DNA of 64,000 nucleotides. It comes from Pseudomonadota bacterium (lineage in GTDB: Bacteria > Pseudomonadota > Gammaproteobacteria > JAADHS01). A model generated the notes under the pieces. The model was not told the DNA's origin, searched no databases, and saw only the letters and a program-made list of their open reading frames with translations. Of the stretch, positions 7,372 through 16,407 are shown piece after piece; position 1 is the stretch's first letter, and every line of letters starts with the position of its first letter. The position numbers and the translations under genes are program-made. The stretch spans positions 4,487 to 68,486 of the forward strand of contig JAKACW010000020.1 of NCBI GenBank assembly GCA_021821045.1. The letters are read 5' to 3'.

Positions 7372-10300
7372 TGGCGAATCTTGCGGCATCGATCCAATTG
7401 GAAATGGTTTGGTAGTCGGCCGCCGCTGTCTCATCGGCGGGTGCTTGCGGGGATAAGACCGGTACCCGCGCATCGGGCGAGGTTCGCGATGGCACTTGCG
7501 GATGAGCGGGGTTGGGGCTCAGTCCGTTGGAGCCTGCGTAGGCCAACAGCGCACTGCGGCCGGGATCGCCGAGCACGGATACGAACGCGGCGGTGATGTT
7601 GAAGTCGCCCTCGACCCGCCCGGTTAACACGAAAGACGGCGTCTTGGCGCCGCTTTGCACCGGCGCGGTGTTGTCCGAAACGCTGGACGGGCGATGACAG
7701 CCGGCGCAGCGGCGCAACAGGACGGGATGCACGCTGGCGACGAACTCATCGCCATTGAGCGTCCGCACCGTTCCTCGGACTTCCGTCAGTTCCCGGATGC
7801 CGTTGGCGTTGACATCGTCGCCGAAGGGATCATTGTAGTACTGCGCACCCAGATCCACCCACTCGACGATCAGGCGTTTCTCGGCGGCGTTTAGAAAACC
7901 GCTGTGGTCGACGCTGGCGCCGAGCGGTCGACTTGAACGCAGTTCCTCGCCGAACAGTGTTTCCACTAAGAAGCTTTCGCGGCTTGCTCCGGCGATAACC
8001 AAGGGAAGCGCGCGCCGAACCACAACTTCGTTGTTTAGCACCTCCGCTGTCACCTGGGCGTTGGCATCGCGCAGGGGAGCGCCCAGCAGCAACGCGCCAT
8101 AGCTGGCAAGCATGTTTTCGTCTGTGAACAGCCCCCGCAGATCCAACCCGCGCGAGATGGCGTCGCTTGCGCTGGTGTTGTTGTGGCAATTGGTGCAGGT
8201 GTTCGCGCCGCGGTTCTTGATCCACAGCGGCTGGATGTGGTCGGGATAGTGGATCAACCCGTTTTCCGGCGCCAATGTGGTGAGATCCTCCAGCGGCAGC
8301 GCGGCATCGGCGCAGTCCGTATTGCCGACGTAGCGTATCGTAATGCATGGGTTGACGCGGTCGCCCCAGACGTCGGAATAGCCGATGTCCGGGCCCAGTA
8401 TGGCCTGCTCCGGAAAAGTCCGCACCCGCGTCTCCGCCATCGATTCGCCCAGGGTGGCCGCCGGTATGGGGTGAATGTTGATGTTGATGGTCGCTAAGTT
8501 GGAGTCTTCGTTGCCATCGTTGGCCACCCAAGTGAAGCTGTCCGTGCCGATGGGCGCGTCGTTATTGGCGGTGTAGGTGAACGCGCCGGTGGTGGGATCG
8601 CTTATCACGACAACGCCAAAGCCGGGCGGATCGACGATGCGGTACACCAGCGGGTCGCCTTCCGGGTCGACCGCGAACAAGCGGCTGGTGGCCGATGCGC
8701 CGGGGTGGACGTGAATCAAATCGTCGCCATCGGCGCCGAACAGCGGCGGGTGATTGCCCGCAATGGGGTCGGTGTTGAGTGCCGCGCCGCGGCGGGGCGA
8801 GTGGCAACCGTTGCAGGTGCGGGTTTCGCCCGGTCGAACCTGCAGCCAATGGGTGTGCGGCGTGAACGCCCGGCCGTTGCTGTCCAGCACGCTCAATGCA
8901 AGCGGCGTGTCGGCCGGCACTTCGATTTTCGCCGAGCCATCGGGTTCAACTTCGGCGTAGCCGATGATTTGTTCCATCGTGAAGGGCGTTTCCCCAATGA
9001 ATCGCCGGCCCAAACCCGGTGGGATGGGAACGGCGCGGGTTACCCGCAGAAACCGGGCGGGGCGCTCGCTCGCCGGTGTCGCCGGATTCTTCAACTGCGC
9101 GATGTCGGCCACCATCGCCCGAGTGTCGCCGGCCGGCGCGGCAATAAGTGGAACCGACTCATTGCCCGCGAAAACGCCGTCGCCCATGCGGCCCAGCTCA
9201 TCGGTGTCGTAGACGCTCTTGATATTTAGAATGCCTTTGTTTTGCGTCGCCAAGCGCTCGTTGAGCGGTCTGTCCTCGATGGTATCCGGCGCCGGTCGCG
9301 GCTGCAGCGCGATGGGATCCGTCACGGCATAACCGCGTGGCGCTAAGACCACAGGACGCAAGGTCTTGTCCGTGAGATCAAGCATGTAAACGCCGTATAC
9401 CGGCGCGCCCTCGACCGTTTCAATATCGCCTGTCAAAGGATGAGGCCGCTGTTCCGGCTGCAGCGGCGACCAACTTACCAGAATGCGCGACGTGCCGTCC
9501 CATAGTGGATACGGTGTGGTGTAGCGCCCGTAAGGCGAAGCGCTGACGTCGAGGGGAATCTCGAACAGCGTCGGTTGCTGCTGTGTTTGGCCGCTTACCG
9601 GCGCGTTCGGCGCGGGGCGATCGTTGTCGGAGTAGTTGTGCACGTCGACAATCACCAAAGCGCCGCCCTCGCGGGTGGTTCCCATGGGTGTCAGCGTCGA
9701 CACCACGCGGCCGTCTTGCATCTCCCGCGGGTGAAGAAAACTCTCCCCAGGGCTGTGCGCGCCATAGAGCACAAACATCCCCGTCCCGTCGGGATTGGCG
9801 TAAAAAATCGAATACTGATTGCGCGGCCCCGCGTTGTCCCAGCGGCTGAACATGATTTCGCCGCTCGATAACACAGTCGGATTGCGGTCGTGGCTTTGAT
9901 TGAAGGATATCTGGCGGATGTCGCTGCCGTCGCCATTCATGATGTGAAGCACCAATGCGCGCTCGCGTCCCGCCTCGTCCACGAAGGCAAAGGTTTCATG
10001 GCCGGCGGTCGCGATCAGCGCCTGACTTTGCGTCTGTCGATTGGAGCTGAATACGATGCGCCCGTCAGGCAAGTACGCGGGATCGACGTCATCGCCCAGA
10101 TCCGCGACGAGGTCGTCGCCGACCAACCGCTCCAGGCGATCGAGAACCCGATCGTATTGCCAGATGTTCCATGTTCTGTCGCCGGGGCCGCGCATGGAAA
10201 AGACGATGCGTTGTCCATCGAAGGAAACCTCCGGGTCGCTGACGTCACCTTGACCCTTGGTATAGCGGGCCGTGACATTGCGCTCCTGGGCGCTGGGAGA

Positions 10301-10552
10301 GGAGAGGTCTCGAATATAAAGATCGCCGCCGAGTCGAAAACCGATGCCGTCGATCGCGGCGCCCAGTGCGTCGACCGGCCGTTTCACATAAGCGATCGCG
10401 AAGTCGCCCCGAAATACCGGTGCCGCATTTGCGCTGTCGTCACCGCCGCCATCGCCGCCGCACCCCAGCAGCGCGAGCGCCGCGAGCCATGCCCATCCGA
10501 AAAACAAAGCGCGCCGGCTGGCCGCGGTTGAGAGGACTCGGTGTATCGACAT
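7358..10552 (-). CDS. PD40 beta-propeller lipoprotein with three CXXCH heme-c motifs (HzsA-related type)
   Basis: 1064 aa with a lipobox (LALLGCGG) and TolB/PD40-like repeats (PEVSFDGQRIVFS, PAYLPDGRIVFSSNR). CNGCH is at 8801-8815, CTNCH at 8183-8197 and CAGCH at 7694-7708. It also has a cadherin/Ig-like insert (DPEGDPLVYRIVD...DSFTWVANDG). Confidence 0.8.
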   Translation of the reverse strand: MSIHRVLSTAASRRALFFGWAWLAALALLGCGGDGGGDDSANAAPVFRGDFAIAYVKRPVDALGAAIDGIGFRLGGDLYIRDLSSPSAQERNVTARYTKGQGDVSDPEVSFDGQRIVFSMRGPGDRTWNIWQYDRVLDRLERLVGDDLVADLGDDVDPAYLPDGRIVFSSNRQTQSQALIATAGHETFAFVDEAGRERALVLHIMNGDGSDIRQISFNQSHDRNPTVLSSGEIMFSRWDNAGPRNQYSIFYANPDGTGMFVLYGAHSPGESFLHPREMQDGRVVSTLTPMGTTREGGALVIVDVHNYSDNDRPAPNAPVSGQTQQQPTLFEIPLDVSASPYGRYTTPYPLWDGTSRILVSWSPLQPEQRPHPLTGDIETVEGAPVYGVYMLDLTDKTLRPVVLAPRGYAVTDPIALQPRPAPDTIEDRPLNERLATQNKGILNIKSVYDTDELGRMGDGVFAGNESVPLIAAPAGDTRAMVADIAQLKNPATPASERPARFLRVTRAVPIPPGLGRRFIGETPFTMEQIIGYAEVEPDGSAKIEVPADTPLALSVLDSNGRAFTPHTHWLQVRPGETRTCNGCHSPRRGAALNTDPIAGNHPPLFGADGDDLIHVHPGASATSRLFAVDPEGDPLVYRIVDPPGFGVVVISDPTTGAFTYTANNDAPIGTDSFTWVANDGNEDSNLATININIHPIPAATLGESMAETRVRTFPEQAILGPDIGYSDVWGDRVNPCITIRYVGNTDCADAALPLEDLTTLAPENGLIHYPDHIQPLWIKNRGANTCTNCHNNTSASDAISRGLDLRGLFTDENMLASYGALLLGAPLRDANAQVTAEVLNNEVVVRRALPLVIAGASRESFLVETLFGEELRSSRPLGASVDHSGFLNAAEKRLIVEWVDLGAQYYNDPFGDDVNANGIRELTEVRGTVRTLNGDEFVASVHPVLLRRCAGCHRPSSVSDNTAPVQSGAKTPSFVLTGRVEGDFNITAAFVSVLGDPGRSALLAYAGSNGLSPNPAHPQVPSRTSPDARVPVLSPQAPADETAAADYQTISNWIDAARFANAPQ

Positions 10553-10838
10553 GCTTCCGACTACGTTGATTTAGGTTGTGTGGCGAACCGGCCGCTCGTG
10601 CAGGCGGCTCGGCCTGGGAACGTGTGGGGTATTGTAACAATTTTGGATGCCGTTCCCGTGGTAATTGCGTTGTCGCGAGCATAGTGGTTGTTACGTACGG
10701 GTCGACTGAAATGGATGTCATCCGCCTTGTTATACACATTGACTCCTTTTTTTGTCGGGTTAACATGTACGCCAGCGTTTACGAACAAAATGGAGTGCGT
10801 CGACGCGTCTCATTTGATACAGGGAAAGTATTTCAACA

Positions 10839-12557
10839 GTGGGCACTCCGCTTGCAAGGAAGATGACGCCTACGCAAGAACTGGTTCTGGATTGTTACCG
10901 GTCTCCGCATTTGTTGCGTAGCTTGTCGGATCAAAGTATTCCGTTGCCGGAAGGCGTCGGACGGGTGTTGCGCGCCGCGCTCGGCGAGGAGCCTGTCGAT
11001 TTCGACGGCGCCGAAACGGTTTCGGTCGACGAGTTGCGCCGCGCCGCACTGCTGTATGTCAAACGGGTTGTCCTGGTCGACGGGGGTGACTACTACCGCT
11101 CGTTGGCCGTTCGTTCTGATGCCAGCGCCGATCAAATCGATTCCAACTATCGCGCGCTGCTGGCGCTGTTTCAATCCGACGATGACGCGTCGACGGGATC
11201 GCTGTGCGACAGCGTGTTGCGTGTCAGCAAAGCCTACTCGGTCGTCGGAGATGAGTTGCGCCGCCGCATGTATGACCGCTCGCGGATCAACGCGATCACC
11301 GGCGAAGAGTTCGATCTCCCGGTTGATGCGGTGGTGGACGAAGTGCTGGCCAACGGTCGTCGGCCGTACGATCCGATCAATTCGACGGCGGAAACGGAAC
11401 AGGCTTGGCGCGTTTTCCCCGCCGGTGGCCAGGGCGAGCGTACGTGGCAGGCCGATCGGCCCGAGGCCGTGGCGAGCGGGAGCAGTGAAAGTGATTCGGC
11501 GCGACCCGTCGAGCCGCCGCGCCAAGTGTCCAACCGGGCGCTGATCGGAGTGAGTTTGGCCGCCATCGGAATCATCGCCCTCGTCGTGCCCGTCTTGATC
11601 GCCCGCTATTCATTATTGGTGCCCCATTGGGATCGAATTCAGCAAGCGGGCGCGCCGGCCTCGCCGTCCGACGGGGTGATAGAGACGTTGCCCCCGGACT
11701 CCCTGCGAAACGAAGAAGCCGCGGCGCTGTTGGCCATCACCGAGCCCGACGCGCTGACTGAAAGCGCAGCCGACTTCGTGGACGAACCGCAATCGTTCGG
11801 AATAAGCGTTGAGACGCCGACTGCCGTGGCGGAGATTGAGCCTCCCGGCAAAGCAGTGGCGCGTCCGAGCGAACCTACTGCCGAGTCCACAGTCGCCGTG
11901 ATTGCGACTCCGGTCCCGCAGTCTACGCCGCGCTTGCCGGTTGCGGCGCCCACAGTTGCGCCGGTGTCGTCTGCTGCGACGTCGCCGGCAGTTACAACGT
12001 CAAGCATCGAGCAAATGCCGGCGCTAGACCGGCAACCTGGTGAAGACAAAGCCGCAGTCGACGCCTCCGCGCTACCGATTGCTCCCCCCGCGGCCGTCGG
12101 ACCGATGACGATGGCTGCGGCGGCAACGGATCAAACCGCGCAGACCGCAGCGCAAAATATCCCACCGGTCGGTGTTTTCCCGACGGAGCTGTTGATCACT
12201 CGCAGCGACTTGGCCCGCTTGGTGGAGCGACTTGAAGCCTATTATCAGGACGGTGATATTTTTGAGTTCGCTGGCCTGTTTGCGGTCGATGCGCGAACCA
12301 ACGACCAGGTGGATCGCGTCGGCATCAAGCAGGACTATGAGCAATTGTTCAAATCAACCGCGGCACGGCAGTTTTCGCTTAAAAACATGACGTGGCGCTA
12401 TGAAAGTGAGCGCGCCGTCGGCACCGGCGAATTCACCGTGCGCATCTCGCCGCGCTGGAAGAACCGCGATGAAGTCTTTTCCGGCAAGGTGGAGCTGCAC
12501 GTGGAGCGCGCCGGCGACGGGTTGCAGATCAGCGGGATGTATCACGATTACAAATGA
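10839..12557 (+). CDS. membrane protein with degenerate J-like domain, Pro/Ala-rich linker and NTF2/SnoaL-like C-terminal domain
   Basis: DYYRSLAVRSDASADQIDSNYRALLALFQSDDD resembles a J domain, but QSD replaces HPD. It has one TM helix (LIGVSLAAIGIIALVVPVLIA) and a long P/A/T-rich region. Starts with GTG at 10839; alternative ATG at 10863. Confidence 0.6.
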   Translation: MGTPLARKMTPTQELVLDCYRSPHLLRSLSDQSIPLPEGVGRVLRAALGEEPVDFDGAETVSVDELRRAALLYVKRVVLVDGGDYYRSLAVRSDASADQIDSNYRALLALFQSDDDASTGSLCDSVLRVSKAYSVVGDELRRRMYDRSRINAITGEEFDLPVDAVVDEVLANGRRPYDPINSTAETEQAWRVFPAGGQGERTWQADRPEAVASGSSESDSARPVEPPRQVSNRALIGVSLAAIGIIALVVPVLIARYSLLVPHWDRIQQAGAPASPSDGVIETLPPDSLRNEEAAALLAITEPDALTESAADFVDEPQSFGISVETPTAVAEIEPPGKAVARPSEPTAESTVAVIATPVPQSTPRLPVAAPTVAPVSSAATSPAVTTSSIEQMPALDRQPGEDKAAVDASALPIAPPAAVGPMTMAAAATDQTAQTAAQNIPPVGVFPTELLITRSDLARLVERLEAYYQDGDIFEFAGLFAVDARTNDQVDRVGIKQDYEQLFKSTAARQFSLKNMTWRYESERAVGTGEFTVRISPRWKNRDEVFSGKVELHVERAGDGLQISGMYHDYK

Positions 12558-12610
12558 CCGGGCGGATCGATTGCTTTTCGGCTGATTGGCCGCGAACGTG
12601 GGGAGCGCGA

Positions 12611-13213
12611 ATGAGGCGGAAGGTTGGGTGTGTGCTATTGGCGTCATTGCCGGCATGGGCGCCGGGAAGTTTTGCCGCTGCCATCGGTGAGCCGGAACAG
12701 ACCGCGCGTTTCGGCTATGCGCTGAGCACGGCGCAGGTCTCGGTCGAGGACCCCGACGGCGCGGCGGATGACGAATCGGATATCTTTCCATGGAATGTCG
12801 TCTACACCGACCGCTGGCTCGGCGGGTTTCGGTACTGGCTCGAGGGCTTTTACCAGGAGTTTACTCTTCCCGCGTCCGCCAGCTACATTGGCCAGGATGT
12901 CGAGCGCTATGGCGTGCGGTTATCCGCGCAGCGAAAAATCGAGTGGATCGAGTCATTACAATTGTGGGCCGGTGCCGGCGCCATTTTGTCCCGCGACAGT
13001 TTCACGAAACGATTTACAGTCGATAGCGACGGATTTCTAGCGGATGTCTACCCGGATCGCGACCGCAACCATATTGGCGTTCAGCTGGATCTAACCTCGG
13101 AATGGAGTTTGAATCGCCGGTGGGACGTCGCCGGGCGGGCGTACTTCGCGCCGTCCATTGGTGAGGGGGTCGAGGAGTTGGGTCTTTCGGTGGTGTTTCT
13201 CTATACTCGCTAA
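12611..13213 (+). CDS. small outer-membrane beta-barrel-like protein
   Basis: Has a signal peptide (MRRKVGCVLLASLPAWAPGSFA) and a Y/W/G-rich alternating pattern. The 19 upstream codons in the track ORF are probably not translated. Confidence 0.55.
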   Translation: MRRKVGCVLLASLPAWAPGSFAAAIGEPEQTARFGYALSTAQVSVEDPDGAADDESDIFPWNVVYTDRWLGGFRYWLEGFYQEFTLPASASYIGQDVERYGVRLSAQRKIEWIESLQLWAGAGAILSRDSFTKRFTVDSDGFLADVYPDRDRNHIGVQLDLTSEWSLNRRWDVAGRAYFAPSIGEGVEELGLSVVFLYTR

Positions 13214-13215
13214 CA

Positions 13216-13241
13216 GTGTCGGAGCGAGCATGCTCGCGATT
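13216..13241. repeat. REP-like unit, loop variant C (GTGTCGGAGCGAGCATGCTCGCGATT)
   Basis: Lies immediately after the stop at 13213. Conserved flanks and a palindromic GCGAGC-AT-GCTCGC core. Confidence 0.7.
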
Positions 13242-13418
13242 CTCTCTTTGTATCAACCGTCTCTGAACGACAACGTTTTCGGGGGGTGGGCGGATCGAAG
13301 TGTTGAAACGGTGTTAATTTTGCTTTGGAATTGGCCGCGCGGACTGAGATTTTCGCGTGGTTGTAAAGTAGAATTCGTAGTTGCCAATCAGCCTGAGGGC
13401 TCGAATAGCGGGGTAGAT

Positions 13419-15413
13419 ATGAGCAGCGGTTTACGATGGATCGTATTCGGTGTTGGCTTGACGATCGCGGCATGTGGGGGAGGTGGAACGGACTATCCGC
13501 CTCAACGTCCGAGCGGAGGCATCAGCGGTGTGGCTCATGATGGACGCATCGTCGAAGGCAACGTGCGCGCCTACCAATTCGCGGGGGGCCAAAAGGGCGA
13601 CCTGCTGGGAACTGCGACGACGGACGAGCAGGGCGCCTTCACGCTGGAATTCGTCGCGCCCGATCAACCCATCATGGTGGAAGTCGACGGCGGCCGCTAC
13701 GTTGAGGAAGCGACCAATACCACGGTAAGCGTCAAAGCCGGCAAAGGACTGACCGCGTTGGGCCTGTACCGTTCGGGCGAAGGCCTGACCATCAACGTGA
13801 CGCCACTATCCTTGCTCGCCACCGGTTTGGCCGAATACAAGATCTCGACAGGCATCGACGCCGCGCAAGCGATCGAACAAGCCAACAGCGAGCTGGCCGA
13901 CATATTCGGCATTCACGTGACCGCTACCACGCCCCGCGATTTGCGGGTGGCGGGGGAAACTACCACCGACATTGACGCATCGACCTTGTACGGCTTTCTT
14001 CTGGCCTCGTTTTCCAGTTATACGGCCTGGTTGGCGGACAAAAACGACAATTCGTTTCACGATCAATATCCGTCGATCAATCTGGCTCGGGTCATGTACG
14101 ACGATATTCGCGCTGACGGTGTGCTTGACGGCGTCGCGGGCGTCAATGGCGACGGCGCCCCAAACGTGCTGACCTTCGCCGGCGCGGAGTTGAATCAAAA
14201 CGTCTATCGCAGCGCCATGGCCCAGCACATGCTGGTCACCGCCAGCAGTCCGGCCAATAAGACGGGTATCACAGCGCGGGATCTATTGGCGCGCGCCACG
14301 ACCTTTGCATCGAGTTCGGGCCCGGTCTTTCCCGGAAGCAATAGCGCGGCTCTGGATCTGGAAGGTCCGGTGATTACCGCGAATGACGGTTTGGGCGTCT
14401 ATTACCGCGGCGATATCCAGTTTGGCGTGAGTGTTGCGGATCAATCGCCTGTGAGCGCCGTCAGCTTCGCTCTCGATGGCGCCACGCTGGGCGACGCGCC
14501 GGACGTTAACGACCCGGGTATCGTTATTCGCACCGCCGATTACGCCGATGGCGAGCACACGCTTGATGTCACCGCATTCGACGATGTGGGTAATTTGGGC
14601 AGCGAGAGTTTTATTTTGCTGTTCGACAACACCGACCCGGTGTTCACGGTGACTTCGCCCACGCTCACCAATCAGAGCCGGCTTACGATCACGGGCACGT
14701 ACGAGCGGGGCGGCTCCGCGCTCTCGCTGTTTCAGGTGCAAGGCGCGGCCGCCACGGTCGCCGGTGACGGCACGTGGCGGGCAAACGTGCGTCTGAATCC
14801 GGGCGAGAACCCGATTTCGATACTCATCCGGGACGAGGCGAACAACACGACCGAGTCCACAGTGTTTGTGTCTATGGACAATTTGCTTCCCGATTTTACC
14901 GGATCGGATGTCATTTACAGCGATGAAGCGTTGTTCGATTTGGGAAGCTCGACGTGCTATGTCGGCAAGCTAAGATCCGTGGCGAGCAACGCCCCGCTGT
15001 ACTTCAACAAGAATAAAGTCGTGGTCACCAATGTTATCCCGAAACAGAAGTTCAGTTGGTTCGACTTGCACTTGAGCCGCATTCCGTTCTTGCGTTTCTA
15101 CGTGATCGATCGGGCGGTCGGAGGAGTCTCGACCCCGGCGAGCCAGATCAAGGTTGAGATGCAATATAGTTTGGGAACCAATGTTTTGGTTCCATATAAA
15201 ACGCTGCCAATTCACGACGACCCAAATACGAGTGCCGACCCATACTTCCTGATTCCGCTGGCATCGGACTATTTGCATTCAAGCTGGACCGGCAGCGCTC
15301 CGCAGGATGAGCACAAGATCACCATTCGCTTGACCGACAACGCCGGAAACTCGCGATCTTTGAATTTCTCGTTCTGGGCCGTTTTTGGGGACGCCGACTG
15401 CACCATACTCTGA
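13419..15413 (+). CDS. large lipoprotein with carboxypeptidase-regulatory-like and Ig-like domains
   Basis: Lipobox (VGLTIAACGGGG) at the ATG at 13419. It has a CarboxypepD_reg-like segment (GNVRAYQF...TDEQGAFTLEF) and Ig-like repeats (GPVITANDG..., DNTDPVFTVTSP...). The 87 upstream codons in the track lack coding features. Confidence 0.7.
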   Translation: MSSGLRWIVFGVGLTIAACGGGGTDYPPQRPSGGISGVAHDGRIVEGNVRAYQFAGGQKGDLLGTATTDEQGAFTLEFVAPDQPIMVEVDGGRYVEEATNTTVSVKAGKGLTALGLYRSGEGLTINVTPLSLLATGLAEYKISTGIDAAQAIEQANSELADIFGIHVTATTPRDLRVAGETTTDIDASTLYGFLLASFSSYTAWLADKNDNSFHDQYPSINLARVMYDDIRADGVLDGVAGVNGDGAPNVLTFAGAELNQNVYRSAMAQHMLVTASSPANKTGITARDLLARATTFASSSGPVFPGSNSAALDLEGPVITANDGLGVYYRGDIQFGVSVADQSPVSAVSFALDGATLGDAPDVNDPGIVIRTADYADGEHTLDVTAFDDVGNLGSESFILLFDNTDPVFTVTSPTLTNQSRLTITGTYERGGSALSLFQVQGAAATVAGDGTWRANVRLNPGENPISILIRDEANNTTESTVFVSMDNLLPDFTGSDVIYSDEALFDLGSSTCYVGKLRSVASNAPLYFNKNKVVVTNVIPKQKFSWFDLHLSRIPFLRFYVIDRAVGGVSTPASQIKVEMQYSLGTNVLVPYKTLPIHDDPNTSADPYFLIPLASDYLHSSWTGSAPQDEHKITIRLTDNAGNSRSLNFSFWAVFGDADCTIL

Positions 15414-15428
15414 GGCGGATAAAGGGTC

Positions 15429-16091
15429 ATGACCAAACGCTCGCTGGGTCTGTCCGATGGTTTGTATCGCTACCTGTTGGCGCATTCGCTGCGCGAACCG
15501 GACGCGCTGCGCAGATTGCGGGAGGAGACGGCGGCCCATGAGTACGCCCGCATGCAGATCGCGCCCGAGCAGGGTCAGTTCATGGCTTGGCTGGTCGAGA
15601 CATTGGGTGTCCGGCGGGCCATTGAAGTGGGGGTGTTCACGGGCTACAGCGCCGCCTGGGTCGCGTTGGCGATGCCGGCGGATGGGAAGCTAATCGCCTG
15701 CGATATCAGCAAGGAGTGGACGGACGTCGGCCGCCGCTACTGGCGGGAGGCCGGCATAGAACACAAGATCGATTTGCGTTTGGCCGCCGCCCAAGATACG
15801 TTGCTGACGTTGGTCGAGCAGGGCGAGGCGGGAACTTTCGATTTTGCCTTCATCGACGCCGACAAGACCAACTACGAGCCCTACTACGAGTTGTGTCTGG
15901 AACTGCTGCGGCCCGGCGGTGTGATCGCGGTCGACAATGTGCTGTGGGGCGGTTCCGTGGCCGATGGCGCCGTCAACGATGCCGACACCCGCGCAATCCG
16001 CCGCTTCAATGAGAAACTCCATCAAGACGCCCGTGTGAGTATCAGTCTGATTCCCATCGCCGACGGGCTGACCTTGGCACGAAAGCGCTGA
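15429..16091 (+). CDS. class I SAM-dependent O-methyltransferase (caffeoyl-CoA OMT family)
   Basis: Typical family motifs are present: MQIAPEQGQFM, AIEVGVFTGYSA, FDFAFIDADKTNY and GGVIAVDNVLWGG. Confidence 0.88.
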   Translation: MTKRSLGLSDGLYRYLLAHSLREPDALRRLREETAAHEYARMQIAPEQGQFMAWLVETLGVRRAIEVGVFTGYSAAWVALAMPADGKLIACDISKEWTDVGRRYWREAGIEHKIDLRLAAAQDTLLTLVEQGEAGTFDFAFIDADKTNYEPYYELCLELLRPGGVIAVDNVLWGGSVADGAVNDADTRAIRRFNEKLHQDARVSISLIPIADGLTLARKR

Positions 16092-16094
16092 GCC

Positions 16095-16202
16095 GTGGGA
16101 GCGGATCATTCCGCGATCTACCAGGGCGAAGAATCGCGGTAGGAAACCGCTCCCACCGAGAAGAGAATTGCAGTTGTTGGTGGGAGCGGATCATTCCGCG
16201 AC
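16095..16202. repeat. REP-like cluster (three units, variants A / B-inverted / A)
   Basis: GTGGGAGCGGATCATTCCGCGAT at 16095, ATCGCGGTAGGAAACCGCTCCCAC at about 16133, and GTGGGAGCGGATCATTCCGCGA at 16180. Confidence 0.9.
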
Positions 16203-16210
16203 TGAGCCCT

Positions 16211-16247
16211 AGAAAAACGAGAGGCCACGTTTTACCGTGGCCTCTCG
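16211..16247 (-). terminator. rho-independent terminator for the Gly/Met micro-ORF
   Basis: A 12-bp GC-rich stem (16218-16229 pairs with 16236-16247) with a 6-nt loop. On the minus strand it is followed by TTTTTCT (16211-16217). Confidence 0.75.
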
Positions 16248-16317
16248 CTGCAACTTAAAGGTACTGCTTTGGCTTTAAGTCGGCTTATGCTGCATGTAGC
16301 GCTGCAGATGGGGGCAA

Positions 16318-16407
16318 TTACATGCCGCCGCCCATTCCGCCACCGCCCATACCGCCGCCCATGCCGCCGCCGCCCATACCGCCACGTCCGCCCATACCAC
16401 CGCCCAT
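16318..16407 (-). CDS. 29-aa Gly/Met-repeat micro-protein (MGGGMGGRGGMGGGGMGGGMGGGGMGGGM)
   Basis: ATG at 16407 is preceded by GGAGG (16413-16417) with a 5-nt spacer. TAA is at 16318-16320 and a dedicated terminator lies downstream. Not in the ORF track because it is under 60 aa. No homolog recognised. Confidence 0.5.
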   Translation of the reverse strand: MGGGMGGRGGMGGGGMGGGMGGGGMGGGM

